Below are positions 61,501 through 64,000 of a stretch of DNA of 64,000 bases, piece by piece. Origin of the DNA: Hemiscyllium ocellatum (taxonomy: Eukaryota); NCBI RefSeq assembly GCF_020745735.1, contig NC_083450.1, positions 10,289,883 through 10,353,882 of the forward strand, read 5' to 3'. Under the pieces are notes generated by a model. That model was not told where the DNA came from. It was given only the letters and a program-made list of their open reading frames with translations, and did no database searches. Positions within the stretch are counted from its first letter, which is position 1. The number at the start of each line of letters is the position of its first letter. A program made the position numbers and the translations under genes.

Positions 61501-62400
61501 GCAACAAATCTATTCTTTTCTAGCTCTAAGCTTCCACCCTAATCCGTTAAATTTTCGCTTTAAGTTTCCATCTCTCTTCTTACATATGTCGTTGGTTCCT
61601 ATGTGAACCACAATTGAAGGCTACTCCCGCTCCCCCGCAAGGATTACAAAAACACTATCAGAGACATCTTGAAGCCTGTCACCTGGGAGGCAACACGCCG
61701 AACGTGACTCTATCTCGTTCCGACAGAACCTGTCTGTCCCCCGAACTATGTAGCCCCCAATGACCAAAGTTCTGCTCCTCTTTCCCCTTCTCTTCTGAGC
61801 AACAGGGGCAGACTCTGTGCCAGAGACCTGTGCCCAATTGCTTACCCTTGGTATGTCGTCTCCCCCAACAGTATTCAAAACAGTATATTTGGTGTTGAGG
61901 GGAACGGCCACAAGTGAGCCCTGCACGGCATATCAATTCCCTTTCTGTCGCCTGATGGAAACCCATCTACCTTCTTCTATAACTTGAGTTGTGCCTACGT
62001 CCCTGTAATTTCTCTCAATAACCTTTCCGCCTCCCAAATGATCCAAAGTTAAACCAGCTACAACTCCATTTCCCCATCACGTTTTCGAGAAGCTGGAGTT
62101 GGGTGCACTTCACACAGATGCAGTCAGCAGAGACACTACAGGTGACCCATACCTCCCACATTCCTTAGGAGGGACATTCAACTGCCCTCAACTCCATAAC
62201 CACAATCCTTAATTTCCAATGTGACAACTGAAAAACTAATAAAAAATTTAAAGAAACCTGTCACCTCAGCAATTGGCGCATAGAACCTTTTTTTGGTTAG
62301 AGGAGGAGAACGGGTGGGGGACTACCCGAGTAGTGTTTTGGGTAAAGCAACCATTCAAATTTCAAGACTCACTTGCCCAGACCTTTTGTACATGTACTTG
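58548..62400 (-). mobile_element. Near-full-length CR1 LINE with internal deletion (ORF1 ~62170-61400, ORF2 to 3' end 58548)
   Basis: ORFs: VPLNTKYTVLNTVGGD...TLVIGGYIVRGTDR...CCLPGDRLQDVSD (ORF1); VPGGVKQGSVLGPLL, FADD, RPHFEYCVQFWSP (RT). Confidence 0.88.
60877..61145 (-). mobile_element. HE1-type V-SINE (internally deleted), nested in a CR1
   Basis: Reverse complement of the same SINE (tagattagattacttacagtgtgg ... ccactgtgccaccgtgccgcc); CR1 sequence resumes on both sides. Confidence 0.88.
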
Positions 62401-62599
62401 AATTTGCTTTTCAGACATCCAGTTTAACTCTAAGCACCGAAACATATCATTAAAAGCAAACAAGTGACTATTTCCCTCATTTTGTAATGTTATACACAGC
62501 AACTTTGCAACACCAGCTATTACTTCCATTGAGGACCTACACTTTAATCTCGTGCCTAATTTCCTCTTTCTCTTCTCAGAACGTTGTCATAGACTCTTC

Positions 62600-63130
62600 C
62601 GACATCCGTAGTACCAATGTGCATAACAACCTCCTGCTATTCACTGCCCTCTTTGAGAATAATCTGTACCTTCTCTAAGACATCATTAACACTGGCAGCG
62701 GGGAGGCAACATGCTATGCTGATGTTTCTCTGTCGGTCAAAGAAACGTCTCTGTGTGCCCCTGACTGCAGAGTATCCTACCACAACTGATCACTTTGAAT
62801 CTGACGTGCCCCACGATGCAGTAGAGCCAGTCACGCTATCAGGTACCTGGCCATTCATGCTGCGCTCTCCTGAGGGTCCATCATCATCTACATTTCCCAA
62901 AAAAAATACTTGTTTGAGATGCGGAGAGTCATAGGATATTCCTGCACTACTTACCTAATTCTCCAAGCTTTCCTAGAGATAGGACGTCTACCCGACTATA
63001 TCTGCAGTTTTTATTACCTTCTTGAAACAGCCATCCATCACACCCCGTGGCTCCTGTACATTCGTCATTGCCTCTAACTGCCACTTCAACTGATCCACAC
63101 AATCGGATTGGATTCTCAACCAAACTGCTA
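62600..63130 (-). mobile_element. CR1 ORF1 fragment
   Basis: Reverse of esterase-like vigDsmt...tdrnisiaccLPg and coiled-coil remnants. Confidence 0.55.
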
Positions 63131-63670
63131 TGACACGGAGGTGAACCCCTGTGTCAATTAAGCCAAAGGGTCAGAACATCTTACAGTGCATCCCGTATTT
63201 AAAGAAAATAAAATGTATTTTTAAACTCTAAAGTGAACATTAAACAATAAGTATTCACAGCATTAAGGCTTCCGTTCTCTTAGGTGCTTACTGTCTGTCC
63301 CCAACTTTAGTACAATATTGTGTTCCAGTAAGACACTTATTAATATTCCATCAAATTGATTTCAAAACCATACAATAGCTATCGTCTTCTATGACTTTCT
63401 TCTTGAGTCTTCTTTCTGTTTATTGCTAATATGAAAAGGTACCTTTGATTGAGAGCGTTTCCTAATTTATTGGCGAGAAAAGGCTGGCTCTGCACAAATT
63501 TCAGTCTCAAAGGCAGTTTCAACAAGCAATTCACTTGAGAACTTGGGGACCTGCCTTTTTTTTCGGTTATTATGAGCCTAACATTCCCTGAGGCACCAGT
63601 CATTAAAACCTACGGCCTTTTCACCTTCTTGGGCTTCTTGTTTCAACTGTGGTAAACTATTACCAGTGCG
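63128..63670. repeat. Possible solo LTR
   Basis: Starts tgctatgacacggaggtgaacccct, resembling shark LTR termini from recall; no internal domains or TSD found. Confidence 0.3.
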
Positions 63671-64000
63671 CTCTACTGTTGCTGTTGTAGTGAAGGATCT
63701 CCTCTTCTTCAAATTTCTATTGGTCCCAAGGGTGAAATTCTTGTCGGAAGCTAAATTTCACCGTATGCACTAATGCATATTCATCTGCCATCTTTACTGC
63801 TCTTCTCACTTACTGAAAGTTCTGTTCATCCGCATGAAATCTTACCATCTGTGGAAGTGAGTTTATAAACTCCCACAACAGAATAACCTCTCTTAGACAT
63901 TCGTACGCCTTATCTATTTTTAAGTGGACAAACAGGGGTCTAGAAGAGCACAGCAAGGCAGGCAGCATAGGAGGTGGAGAAGGCGATGTTTCTGGAGCAA

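Noticed and set aside
1-64000. Prokaryotic systems (CRISPR arrays, operons, defence islands) and a second V or C1 exon for a partner chain
   Set aside because: The sequence is vertebrate and intron-containing. No regularly spaced direct repeats were seen, and no other Ig-domain exon was found by eye on either strand.

Overview
Eukaryotic, repeat-dominated DNA from a cartilaginous fish (shark-type HE1/V-SINEs, many CR1 LINEs, L2, Penelope-like remnants, two decayed Gmr1-like Ty3/Gypsy LTR elements). Nearly all ORFs in the supplied track are retroelement debris. I can reconstruct one real gene, on the minus strand (CDS 30898->18555, six exons, all GT-AG and phase-compatible, 882 nt = 293 aa + stop). 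Its exons are leader / V domain with a J-like FGNG segment already fused in the same exon (no RSS) / C1-set constant domain / uncharged transmembrane helix / short cytoplasmic exon / terminal exon with a TVYADL tyrosine motif. This is a non-rearranging, antigen-receptor-like VJ-C1 membrane receptor, most similar in architecture to the PRARP/VJC1 class. It is neither an Ig light chain nor a CD3-coupled TCR chain. Secondary points: two possible secreted isoforms, a complete TSD-flanked Gmr1-like provirus (integrase before RT, SCAN-like gag), and minimal hammerhead-ribozyme motifs in Penelope-derived repeats. Repeat boundaries are approximate (read by eye). Family names come from recalled consensus motifs, not database searches.
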